From contig JALUZN010000059.1 of NCBI GenBank assembly GCA_027011835.1, positions 1 through 40,508 of the forward strand: 40,508 bases of DNA, written 5' to 3'. The notes under the pieces are model-generated. The model saw only the letters and a list, made by a program, of their open reading frames with translations, made no database searches and was not told the origin of the DNA. Positions within the stretch are counted from its first letter, which is position 1; each line of letters begins with the position of its first letter. Of the stretch, positions 26,563 to 35,252 are shown piece by piece. The DNA comes from Draconibacterium sp. (GTDB lineage: Bacteria > Bacteroidota > Bacteroidia > Bacteroidales > Prolixibacteraceae). Made by a program: the position numbers and the translations under genes.

Positions 26563-29500
26563 CTATTCCTTTATACTGTCTTCCAACTTCTGACTTCTGA
26601 CTTCCAGCTTCTGATTTCTTTTAACAATCTTTTCCTGCCACATGGCGTAAAGTACCGGCACCACAAAAATGGTAAGCGTGGCGATTACCATTCCCCCAAA
26701 AATTGGGATGGCCATCGGAACCATAATATCCGATCCTTTTCCGGTTGATGTAAGAACTGGTAGCAGTGCAATAAGTGTGGTTGCCGTGGTCATAATTGCC
26801 GGGCGCACCCGCTTTTGTCCTGCCTCTAAAATATTGGCTCGTACCTCGGCAACAGTTTTCGGAGCACGCTCGTCGAAAATCTGCTGGATGTAGGTGCTGA
26901 TTAAAACGCCGTCGTCGGTAGCAATTCCGAAGAGAGCGATGAACCCAACCCATACCGCCACACTGAGATTTATGGTGCCAATTTGAAACAGGTTTTGCAA
27001 GTGTATATCGCCAACATTAAAATTCAGGAACCACGGCTGACCATAAAGCCAGAGCATGATAAACCCACCCGAAAAAGCAACGATAATTCCGGAGAATATA
27101 AGTGAAGCTCCCGTTACCGAACGGAACTGAAAATAGAGAATCAGGAAAATTACCAGCAGTGCAATGGGAATAACAACCATTAGGCGTTTTGTTGCCCTGA
27201 TTTGGTTTTCGTAGTTTCCGGTGAACTTAAAATTCACTCCGGCCGGAATTACAAGAGTTCCGTCCTCTATTTTGCTATTCAAATATTCCTGTGCATTTTC
27301 CACCACATCAACTTCGGCGTAGCCATCTTTTTTATCGAAAATAACATAACCAACGAGGAACGTATTTTCACTTTTTATAAGCTGTGCCCCGCGTGTATAT
27401 TCTATTGTTGCCAGTTCGTTTAATGGAACCTGCGCACCCGACGGTGTTGAAATAAGTAGTTTATTCAGGTCTTCGGGATTGTCTCTGAACTCACGTGCAT
27501 AACGAACCCGAATCGGGTAGCGCTCTCTGCCTTCAACAGTCGATGAGAGCGGCATTCCGCCAACAGCCGAACTGATGTACTCCTGAAAATCTTTAATGGT
27601 TAATCCGTAGCGGGCAATTGCTTCGCGGTTGATGTGAATTTCCATATAAGGTTTTCCCACCACACGGTCGGCAAAAACCGACATTTTCGAAACGCCTTCA
27701 ACCTCTTTTAAGAGTGTCTCAATGTTCAGCCCTACTTTTTCGATGCTCTCCAAATCGGGACCAAAGACTTTTATTCCCATGGGAGCACGCATTCCGGTTG
27801 CCAACATCACCAAACGGGTTTGAATGGGTTGCAACTTGGGTGCCGATGTTAATCCTGGAATGGATGCGTTGGCAATAATCTCAGTCCAAATATCGTCGGG
27901 CGATTTAATTTTATCGCGCCACTGGCGGAAATATTCTCCGTCTTCGTCGGGAGTTAATTGTTCTTTTTCTATTACAATAAAACCATCTTTTGGATTGTAG
28001 GTTGTGCCGTCTTTCAAAATAAAAGCTCCGTTGTCGTCCACTTTAAAACGCATCCGGTGACCTTTTTCGTTCAGAATATATTCCGACTTGTAGTTAATTA
28101 CATTTTCGAACATTGAAATGGGTGCCGGGTCGAGGGCAGAATTTACTCGCCCCCATTTTCCAACCACATTGTCAACTTCGGGAATTGAATTTACTTTTTT
28201 GTCTAATAACTGAATCACTTCGAGGTTCTCTTCAACACCCGAGTGAGGCATGGTTGTGGGCATTAGCAGGAACGAGCCTTCGTCTAACGACGGCATGAAT
28301 TCTTTACCAATACCGGGAAATGTTTTATTTACCGCTTGCCAGGTTTCGGTTTCGGTAATGAATTTTGGCAGGAAGCCAAAAACCTTCTCCGAACCTTGCC
28401 AGGCGGTAATTCCAAAAAGAATCACAAAAATAGGTAGCGACAAAAATGTCCATTTGTTGTTTAGTGCCCACGACAATATCCGCGGATAGACATAAACAAT
28501 GGAGCTGAGTAGCAGCAGTACAAACCCGATGACAAATATTACAAACAGAAAGTTGACGAACTCGCTGTATTGCGCGCCGAGCGGCATCCACTCCTGCGAA
28601 AGGAATTTCATAACCACAATTAATATGATGGCAATATTTATGTAGTTTACAAACTTTGCTTTTCCCTCTTTCCAGAGGTAAGCGAAGAAATTATTTGCAG
28701 CGAGAAGAACTACGGCAATCCCGGTAAAATAATTACCGAAAACCATGAGTAAAATACCTGCAATGGCAAGAACGATATTCGAACTTTGCCTTATTTTTTT
28801 GCTGTTTATCCGAACCGAGAAAATAATGTGTGCCAGTGCCGGAATAATTACCAGACCAACAATCAATGCGGCAATCATTACAAAAGTTTTGGTGAAAGCC
28901 AGTGGTCGGAACAGTTTTCCTTCGGCAGCTTGCATAGCAAAAACGGGCATAAAACTAATCACCGTTGTGGCGATTGCCGTTAACACTGCCGGTGCAACTT
29001 CAATGGTGGCATTGTATATAACGTTCATTAAAGCCGTACCTTTTGCATGTTTATTCTCGGGCAGCGAGGTGTGCCGGATGATGTTCTCCGTGAAAACCAC
29101 CCCCACATCGACCATAACGCCAATTGCGATGGCGATTCCCGAAAGTGCTACAATGTTGGCATCCACTCCAAATTTGCGCATGGCAATAAAAGTGATTAAA
29201 ACGCCAATGGGTAGCAGGCTCGAAATAAGAAACGATGCCCGCAGGTTAAAAACCAAAATCAACACAACAATTATACTGATGAGGATTTCCAGCGAGAGTG
29301 CCTCTTCGAGCGTTCCTAAAGTCTCGTGAATTAATCCCGAGCGGTCGTAAAACGGGACGATGGTTACTTTCGAGACTGTTCCGTCGGCCAGAGTTTTGGA
29401 CGGCAAACCGTGTGCAATCTCTTTAATTTTAGCTTTTACATTATTAATAACTTCCAGCGGGTTGGCTCCGTAGCGGGCAACCACAACTCCACCGGTTGCG

Positions 29501-30396
29501 TCGGCGCCGCCTTTGTCTAATCCGCCGCGCCGCGAGGCCGGACCAAAATTAACTTTGGCAACATCTTTAATGCGAATAGGCACGTTGTTTTTAACGGTCA
29601 CCACCGATTTTTCTAAATCTTCGAGCGTTTTAACATAACCCAACGCACGTATTAAATATTCGGCGCGGTTAAATTCTATGGTGCGAGCACCCACATCGAG
29701 GTTACTCTTTTTTACTGCGTTAATAATTTGCCCGATGGTAACGCCCTGTGCTTTCATTGCGTTGGGATCGATATCAACCTGGTACTCTTTTATGTAACCA
29801 CCAATCGATGCTACTTCGGAAACTCCTTTTGCCGAGGTGAGCGCATATTTCACATAAAAGTCCTGAATGGAGCGTAACTCTTGCGGGTCCCAGCTTCCTG
29901 CGGGGTTTCCGTCTTTGTCGCGTCCTTCGAGGGTGTACCAATATACTTGCCCCAACGCAGTAGCATCGGGCCCCAGCGCAGGGGTAACTCCCTCGGGCAA
30001 GGTGCCTGCCGGCAGCGAGTTCAGTTTCTCTAAAATACGGCTGCGGCTCCAGTAAAACTCTATCTCTTCATCGAAAATAATGTAGATGCTCGAGACCCCA
30101 AAAATGGAGTTGCTTCGAATGGTTTTAACTCCCGGGATTCCCAAAAGTGCCGTGGTTAGCGGGTACGAAATCTGGTCTTCAATGTCTTGTGGCGAACGTC
30201 CTGCCCACTCGGTATAGACAATTTGCTGGTTCTCCCCAATGTCGGGTATGGCATCAACCGGAACCGGATCGCTGGGCAAAAAACCCGTGTTCCAGCCAAA
30301 TGGCGATGTTACAACTCCCCAGGCAACAAATGTTGTGAGCAGTAGCAGGGTAACCAATTTGTTTTCTAAAAAGAATTTAATTATTTTATTTAACAT
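26563..30396 (-). CDS. cusA: CusA/CzcA family heavy-metal RND efflux permease (Cu/Ag type)
   Basis: DAIPDIGENQQIV, LGPDATALG, AIAIGVMVD, FMPSLDEG, Met-rich MPTTMP / MLATGMRAPMG, RVRPAIMT. Confidence 0.9.
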   Translation of the reverse strand: MLNKIIKFFLENKLVTLLLLTTFVAWGVVTSPFGWNTGFLPSDPVPVDAIPDIGENQQIVYTEWAGRSPQDIEDQISYPLTTALLGIPGVKTIRSNSIFGVSSIYIIFDEEIEFYWSRSRILEKLNSLPAGTLPEGVTPALGPDATALGQVYWYTLEGRDKDGNPAGSWDPQELRSIQDFYVKYALTSAKGVSEVASIGGYIKEYQVDIDPNAMKAQGVTIGQIINAVKKSNLDVGARTIEFNRAEYLIRALGYVKTLEDLEKSVVTVKNNVPIRIKDVAKVNFGPASRRGGLDKGGADATGGVVVARYGANPLEVINNVKAKIKEIAHGLPSKTLADGTVSKVTIVPFYDRSGLIHETLGTLEEALSLEILISIIVVLILVFNLRASFLISSLLPIGVLITFIAMRKFGVDANIVALSGIAIAIGVMVDVGVVFTENIIRHTSLPENKHAKGTALMNVIYNATIEVAPAVLTAIATTVISFMPVFAMQAAEGKLFRPLAFTKTFVMIAALIVGLVIIPALAHIIFSVRINSKKIRQSSNIVLAIAGILLMVFGNYFTGIAVVLLAANNFFAYLWKEGKAKFVNYINIAIILIVVMKFLSQEWMPLGAQYSEFVNFLFVIFVIGFVLLLLSSIVYVYPRILSWALNNKWTFLSLPIFVILFGITAWQGSEKVFGFLPKFITETETWQAVNKTFPGIGKEFMPSLDEGSFLLMPTTMPHSGVEENLEVIQLLDKKVNSIPEVDNVVGKWGRVNSALDPAPISMFENVINYKSEYILNEKGHRMRFKVDDNGAFILKDGTTYNPKDGFIVIEKEQLTPDEDGEYFRQWRDKIKSPDDIWTEIIANASIPGLTSAPKLQPIQTRLVMLATGMRAPMGIKVFGPDLESIEKVGLNIETLLKEVEGVSKMSVFADRVVGKPYMEIHINREAIARYGLTIKDFQEYISSAVGGMPLSSTVEGRERYPIRVRYAREFRDNPEDLNKLLISTPSGAQVPLNELATIEYTRGAQLIKSENTFLVGYVIFDKKDGYAEVDVVENAQEYLNSKIEDGTLVIPAGVNFKFTGNYENQIRATKRLMVVIPIALLVIFLILYFQFRSVTGASLIFSGIIVAFSGGFIMLWLYGQPWFLNFNVGDIHLQNLFQIGTINLSVAVWVGFIALFGIATDDGVLISTYIQQIFDERAPKTVAEVRANILEAGQKRVRPAIMTTATTLIALLPVLTSTGKGSDIMVPMAIPIFGGMVIATLTIFVVPVLYAMWQEKIVKRNQKLEVRSQKLEDSIKE
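26580..26614. repeat. five-unit heptamer tract (CTTCTGA) inside the cusA 3' end
   Basis: CTTCCAA CTTCTGA CTTCTGA CTTCCAG CTTCTGA; translated as ...NQKLEVRSQKLED. Confidence 0.8.
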
Positions 30397-30458
30397 TTTG
30401 TTGTAGTTTTATTTCGACAACCGGTTTATTTCCAATTTATACAGGTTTCGGGGGAAAG

Positions 30459-30857
30459 CTATTTTGTATGAGTGTGTAGTTGAGAGATAACACGTTGCAG
30501 CTTAATATGAATCTCGTCTGCAATCGTTTTCATCTCATCGTTATCTATGTCGGCAACCATTACCGCCGGATTTATAATGGCTACTTCGGTGCCATTTTCA
30601 ACGGCTTGAAGCATTACATTACACGGAAGTATTGTTCCAATCTTATCTTCGGCAGTTATCGAGCGTAAAGCAAATGCAGGGTTACAAGCACCTAAAATTC
30701 GATATTGCCTGAAATCGATATTCAGTTTCTCTTTTAGTGCGTTGTTCACATCGAATTGGGTTACAATTCCAAATCCCTCTTTTTGAAGTTCTTCTTTTAC
30801 ATTTACTGTTGCTGTTTCTAAATCAGTATTTACTGTTTTGTTGATATAATATTTCAT
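30459..30857 (-). CDS. DUF302 domain protein
   Basis: LQKEGFGIV, YRILGACNP, IGTILPCNV. Confidence 0.88.
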   Translation of the reverse strand: MKYYINKTVNTDLETATVNVKEELQKEGFGIVTQFDVNNALKEKLNIDFRQYRILGACNPAFALRSITAEDKIGTILPCNVMLQAVENGTEVAIINPAVMVADIDNDEMKTIADEIHIKLQRVISQLHTHTK

Positions 30858-30968
30858 GCTATTTTATTTTTAAAATTTAATAATCTGTTTTTGGTGTGTT
30901 ATAAAAAGGGGTGTTGTTTTGTGAGAGAAAATGGTGAATAATTCTGAATGAGATTCAGAACATTTTAA

Positions 30969-31382
30969 TCAACAGCGAAATACGCAAAGTCCCGACTGAG
31001 AGTCGGTTTTTGAAAATGGTGGTGATAAAGGAGAAAACAGAGCACTAAAATGTTCCAAAACCGGATTTGCATTCGATCTGTTTTTTTGAAAAGCTAGCAG
31101 TAGATGTATTGTTTTTACTGCCGGAACAGAAAGTTTTTGTCCAACAAATTTTAAGTTAATTTTATGAAATTCCGACTGGTTTTCGCAAACCCCGTTTGAA
31201 GCGTTGTGATGCTTGCAGAGATCTGCCGTTTCAGGCGTTGCTCCCGGGTCGCAGCAAGTTTGGGCTTCGTGATAAAAAGCTACACTGTAAAGTTTTCCGT
31301 GCGAATAGTGCTTGTTTATTTGAATGCCGATAAAACTTATCAGAAAAACTATTGAAAGTAATATGTTGAGTACTTTGTTCAT
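30969..31382 (-). CDS. HYC_CC_PP-like small exported metal-cluster protein
   Basis: N-terminal TM, NKHYSHG, TCC, SPP, C-terminal LCVFRC; usual position upstream of Bacteroidota metal operons. Confidence 0.65.
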   Translation of the reverse strand: MNKVLNILLSIVFLISFIGIQINKHYSHGKLYSVAFYHEAQTCCDPGATPETADLCKHHNASNGVCENQSEFHKINLKFVGQKLSVPAVKTIHLLLAFQKNRSNANPVLEHFSALFSPLSPPFSKTDSQSGLCVFRC

Positions 31383-31400
31383 TCGTTATTTATAATGTGT

Positions 31401-31408
31401 CAAAATTA
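31401..31408 (-). promoter_or_regulatory. -7 element TAATTTTG heading the cus-like operon
   Basis: Exact TAnnTTTG ~19 nt upstream of ATG 31382. Confidence 0.5.
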
Positions 31409-31465
31409 CTGCAATTGTGGTGTTGTCTATTATACAATTTTGGAAATAACTTATATGATTCTGAT

Positions 31466-32257
31466 TTATCCTAATTTTAATATCCTGACCGCACCGCGGA
31501 TAACAATGACAAAAACAATTGCTCCAACAATTAAATCGGGTATTAGCGATGAGGTTAGCATAACTGCTAACCCGGCCAGTATGACGCCTGCGTTTACAAT
31601 AATGTCGTTCGATGTAAAAATTTTACTTGCAACAATATTGGCATCTTTACTATCGGTTTTATTTAAAATTACCATACTTGCTGCATTGGCCAGTAGTGCC
31701 AGAACTGAAACAAGTATCATAATTTTATAATCGGGAGTTTCGTTTAAAAAGAGTACGCGCCTAATAATTTCAACAAAACCTGTTGCAGCCAAAATAATTT
31801 GCAGATAACCGCTAACTTTAGCCACCTGTCTCTTCTTTATAAGTGTTGTTCCAACAGCCCAAAGACTTAATCCATAAACAACGGCATCGGCAAACATATC
31901 TAAACTGTCGGCCACTAACCCCATCGATTTTGAAATAAGTCCGGTAATCATTTCGAAAACGAAGAATGTAAAATTGATACCTAAAACCCACCACAGCTGT
32001 TTTCGTTGAAAAGAGTGTGTTGAATACGTTGTGCCATCATCAACTTTTTTAATCGATTTTATTTCGCAACCTAAATTCAGACTTCTGATGAGTTTTTCAA
32101 TCTCCCGGTTTTCTTCAGATTGGATAACCTCTAATAATCGCTTATCTAAATTGAAATTTAATGCTACGATTTCAGGAATATTTTCCAGTCGAATTCTGAT
32201 TAAAGACTCCTCGGAGGTACAATCCATTTTTGCTATGTAGTAAGTTGTTTTTGTCAT
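31466..32257 (-). CDS. cation diffusion facilitator (CzcD-like) with N-terminal HMA-like domain
   Basis: MDCTSEE, INFTFFVFE, SMGLVADSLDMFAD, FTSNDIIVN. Confidence 0.85.
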   Translation of the reverse strand: MTKTTYYIAKMDCTSEESLIRIRLENIPEIVALNFNLDKRLLEVIQSEENREIEKLIRSLNLGCEIKSIKKVDDGTTYSTHSFQRKQLWWVLGINFTFFVFEMITGLISKSMGLVADSLDMFADAVVYGLSLWAVGTTLIKKRQVAKVSGYLQIILAATGFVEIIRRVLFLNETPDYKIMILVSVLALLANAASMVILNKTDSKDANIVASKIFTSNDIIVNAGVILAGLAVMLTSSLIPDLIVGAIVFVIVIRGAVRILKLG

Positions 32258-32259
32258 GT

Positions 32260-32475
32260 TTATTTACAACAGGTATTATTTTTACTTTTTTGAATTGGTG
32301 GGCAGGGAACATCGCCAAAAGAGCAATAGACACAACAATCGCCTTTGTTTGGTTTTAGAATTGCTTTACAATTCTCACATTCATAAAAATGTGTGCAAGA
32401 GTTTACAGGCATTGTTTCTGTTTTACTGTGGCCGCAAAACGGACAAGTAATGGTTGATTGAAAAATAATATTCAT
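32260..32475 (-). CDS. GDCCVxC domain small Cys-rich protein
   Basis: STITCPFCGH...ETMP...CENC...LKPNKGDCCVYCSFGDVPCPPIQ; start moved to ATG 32475 because TTG 32544 lies in the promoter box. Confidence 0.88.
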   Translation of the reverse strand: MNIIFQSTITCPFCGHSKTETMPVNSCTHFYECENCKAILKPNKGDCCVYCSFGDVPCPPIQKSKNNTCCK

Positions 32476-32528
32476 AATGTCGCACTTTTTATTTAAACTA
32501 ATTCTAAACAAAAGTACGTCATAATTTG

Positions 32529-32549
32529 TGCAACCGGGTTGCAAACTTA
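32529..32549 (-). promoter_or_regulatory. -7 element TAAGTTTG overlapped by a 7-1-7 palindrome (putative Fur/Zur-family operator)
   Basis: TGCAACC-G-GGTTGCA at 32529-32543; TAnnTTTG at 32542-32549, right after the Fur-family gene stop. Confidence 0.65.
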
Positions 32550-32966
32550 TTAGCCTTTGTTACATCGGTTGCAAAGTCCTTTTACAACCATATTAATATT
32601 TTCGGCAAAATAGTTTTCGGGGAGTTGAATATCGGGAATTGGGATGTCGGTTAAACAGGTTGTTTTTTCGCATTTTATGCAGTAGAAGTGTACATGCAAC
32701 TCGCTTGGATTACAGTGGCAGGTGTCGGTGCAAACAGCATATTTTATGGTTCCGGTACCGTCGTCAATACTGTGAATTACTTTCTTGTCGACAAAAGTTT
32801 TAAGTGTACGGTAAAGCGTTGTTCTGTCGGCCTGTGCAAATTGCATTTCAAGTTCAGGCAGACCAATGGCGTGGTCTTGTTTCGATAAAATATCGAGAAC
32901 CAACTGACGCATTGCCGTGGGCTTTACTTGTTTTATTTCCAATGATTTATCTATCGATTTTTTCAT
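32550..32966 (-). CDS. Fur family transcriptional regulator
   Basis: KPTAMR, DRTTLYRTL, HVHFYCIKC, KGLCNRC. Confidence 0.9.
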   Translation of the reverse strand: MKKSIDKSLEIKQVKPTAMRQLVLDILSKQDHAIGLPELEMQFAQADRTTLYRTLKTFVDKKVIHSIDDGTGTIKYAVCTDTCHCNPSELHVHFYCIKCEKTTCLTDIPIPDIQLPENYFAENINMVVKGLCNRCNKG

Positions 32967-32968
32967 CG

Positions 32969-33535
32969 CTAAACTTTGTCTAATGCTTTTCTCTCTTTTT
33001 TTACAGTCTTTTTATAATCGCTTAATGTTTTCCCGGTAATGTTTTTAAACTGTTTCGAAAGGTGTGCTACACTGCTGTAGTTTAGCTGGAATGCAATTTC
33101 AGAGAAATTGAGTTCGTTGTACGAAATCAGCTCTTTAACTTTTTCAATCTTTTGTAGGATAATAAATTTTTCGATGGTTGTTTTTTCAATTTCCGAGAAC
33201 TTTTTTGAAATGAACGAATACTCTTTGCCAACTTGGGTTGACAGATACTCTGAGAAATTTATCTTCAGACTTTCGCTTTTGTTGTAGTGAATGTAGTTGA
33301 CAATTAGCGCTTTCACATTTTCAACAATCTGAATGTTTTTATCCTGAATAAGTTCAAATCCAATTGTTTCCAGTTCTTTGGCCAAATGCTCTAAATCAAC
33401 TCCCTCTTTTTCAATGTCGGCACTTCCCAAAACAACTTTCGAAAAAGGAATATCTAACTTGGTTAAGGTTTGTTTTACCGCGGCAATGCAACGGTCGCAA
33501 ACCATGTTTTTAATGTAAATTGTCGATTCTTTCAT
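32969..33535 (-). CDS. AraC family regulator with N-terminal metal-sensing CxxC domain
   Basis: IKNMVCDRC; C-terminal SEIAFQLNYSSVAHLSKQFK..TG; start set to ATG 33535. Confidence 0.88.
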   Translation of the reverse strand: MKESTIYIKNMVCDRCIAAVKQTLTKLDIPFSKVVLGSADIEKEGVDLEHLAKELETIGFELIQDKNIQIVENVKALIVNYIHYNKSESLKINFSEYLSTQVGKEYSFISKKFSEIEKTTIEKFIILQKIEKVKELISYNELNFSEIAFQLNYSSVAHLSKQFKNITGKTLSDYKKTVKKERKALDKV

Positions 33536-33599
33536 TTCAATTTTCGAAGATAACCAAAACAACTTTAAAGTATTGGATTTTCAATGCAAAATAAATAAG

Positions 33600-33607
33600 T
33601 AGTTTTG
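33600..33607 (+). promoter_or_regulatory. -7 element TAGTTTTG
   Basis: Exact TAnnTTTG ~22 nt upstream of ATG 33629. Confidence 0.45.
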
Positions 33608-33628
33608 GAGTTTAAAAAATAAAAAGTT

Positions 33629-34420
33629 ATGCGATTAATTCTTCTTTTGTTTGTTTTAGTGCCATTTATTTCAATTGCACAAATTAATCAGACCGATGCA
33701 AACGGGCTGCGTCAAGGGCTTTGGGAAAAGAGGCAGCCAAACGGCCGGTTGATGTATGTGGGGCATTTTAATGATGGCAAACCCGTTGGCGAGTGGAAAC
33801 GGTTTCATCCGGGAGGACAGGTTAAGGCAATTATTACCTATAAAGAGAATTCGGATACGGCATTTACGCAACTTTTCGACAAGCATAAAAATAAACTGGC
33901 CGAGGGGAACTTTGTGAATCAGAAAAAGGAGGGAAACTGGGTTTATTTTCTGAAAGGGAGAAAAATATCGGAAGAACAGTTTTTGGGAGGTGTAAAAAAC
34001 GGAGTTGCACAGCAGTTCTACGAAACCGGTGAATTGCTCGAAAGGGTTGAGTGGAAAAATGGGAAAAAGGAGGGGAAATACGAAACATTTTATAAAAATG
34101 GCAGCCCATATTTGCAATGTAAAATGCATAACGATTTACGTCACGGGCTTTGTTTAGTTTATTATAAAAACAAAAAATTACAACTCGAAGCAAATTATAA
34201 AAACGGCTTGCGCCATGGCGAGTGGAAGTTTTACGACGATAAAGGGAACTTGCAATATCAGCTAAATTACAACAACGGTAAAATCTTGAACCCTGAAGTG
34301 CGCGACAGTATTGCCGCAATAAAAATGCAAAATCTTGAGAAAAACAGAGGCACTTTTACCGACCCTGAGAAATATTTGCAAGACCCATCGGAGTATATGC
34401 GGAAAACGAAAATATATTAG
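33629..34420 (+). CDS. exported MORN-variant repeat protein (YwqK-like)
   Basis: Signal peptide; repeated G.W..Y..NG.L / KNGKKEG units. Confidence 0.82.
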   Translation: MRLILLLFVLVPFISIAQINQTDANGLRQGLWEKRQPNGRLMYVGHFNDGKPVGEWKRFHPGGQVKAIITYKENSDTAFTQLFDKHKNKLAEGNFVNQKKEGNWVYFLKGRKISEEQFLGGVKNGVAQQFYETGELLERVEWKNGKKEGKYETFYKNGSPYLQCKMHNDLRHGLCLVYYKNKKLQLEANYKNGLRHGEWKFYDDKGNLQYQLNYNNGKILNPEVRDSIAAIKMQNLEKNRGTFTDPEKYLQDPSEYMRKTKIY

Positions 34421-34430
34421 CGACAGTTTT

Positions 34431-35048
34431 TTACGAGTGTCGTTTTTTCAGTTCCCGAACAACGTCTTCAATGCGAAATCCTTTGTGCGAAAGCAAAACA
34501 ATTAAGTGGTACATTAAATCACCGGCTTCGTAAATAAAGTTTTCGTCGTCGTTGGCCATTGCCCCAATAATTGTTTCAACGGCCTCTTCGCCAACTTTTT
34601 GGGTAATGGTGCGAGTGCCCTTTTTAAACAGCGAAGTGGTGTACGAACCCTCCGGCATCTCCTGCTTGCGTTTATCGATAAATGTTTGCAGGTAGCTTAA
34701 AAATTCAATGTCGTTTTCGCTGTTTACCTCGTCGAAACAGGTGTCGGTTCCGGTGTGACAAACCGGGCCAACCGGATTGGCTTTTATTAAAAGTGTATCT
34801 TCGTCGCAGTCTTGCAATATTGAGACTAAATTCAGAAAGTTCCCCGACTCTTCGCCTTTTGTCCATAACCGGTTTTTACTGCGGCTAAAAAAGGTTACTT
34901 TTCCCAGTTCCAGTGTTTTTTCAACGGCCTCGGCATTCATAAAACCAACCATTAAAACGACCATTGTTTTAGCATCTTGAACGACAGCCGGAATCAGCCC
35001 GTTCAGTTTATCGAAATCCAAATCGGATGTGTTTTTAAATTCGCGCAT
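34431..35048 (-). CDS. hisIE: bifunctional phosphoribosyl-AMP cyclohydrolase / phosphoribosyl-ATP pyrophosphatase
   Basis: GLIPAVVQD, LWTKGEESGN, DCDEDTLL, CHTG..TCF, KVGEEAVE. Confidence 0.95.
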   Translation of the reverse strand: MREFKNTSDLDFDKLNGLIPAVVQDAKTMVVLMVGFMNAEAVEKTLELGKVTFFSRSKNRLWTKGEESGNFLNLVSILQDCDEDTLLIKANPVGPVCHTGTDTCFDEVNSENDIEFLSYLQTFIDKRKQEMPEGSYTTSLFKKGTRTITQKVGEEAVETIIGAMANDDENFIYEAGDLMYHLIVLLSHKGFRIEDVVRELKKRHS

Positions 35049-35104
35049 TTTATTTTATTCTTTTTTATTTCCTTTTATACTTTCTATTATTACCGTTAAT
35101 CAAC

Positions 35105-35227
35105 AGATTCTGAATCAAGTTTAGAATGACGGATGTTCTTTTTAGACCCTGAAACAAGTTCAGGGTGACGTTCTAATTAAGTGTCGCAGTTAACAAATAA
35201 CGTCATGCTGAACTTGTTTCAGCATCT
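35105..35227. repeat. family-C CGTCA-tagged palindromes between hisF and hisIE
   Basis: AGATTCTGAATCAAGTTTAGAATGACG (35105-35131), AGACCCTGAAACAAGTTCAGGGTGACG (35144-35170) and CGTCATGCTGAACTTGTTTCAGCATCT (35201-35227). Confidence 0.88.
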
Positions 35228-35252
35228 TTTTATCAGTTATTTTCTTATTTTT

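Noticed and set aside
32260-32475. Selenoprotein form of GDCCVxC
   Set aside because: The ORF is uninterrupted, with Cys at the motif positions and no in-frame TGA.
22108-33535. Metal cluster as a bounded genomic island or transposon
   Set aside because: No integrase, transposase, tRNA or terminal direct repeats seen.
33629-34420. YwqK antitoxin of a toxin-antitoxin pair
   Set aside because: It has a signal peptide and no adjacent toxin; better read as a generic MORN-variant repeat protein.
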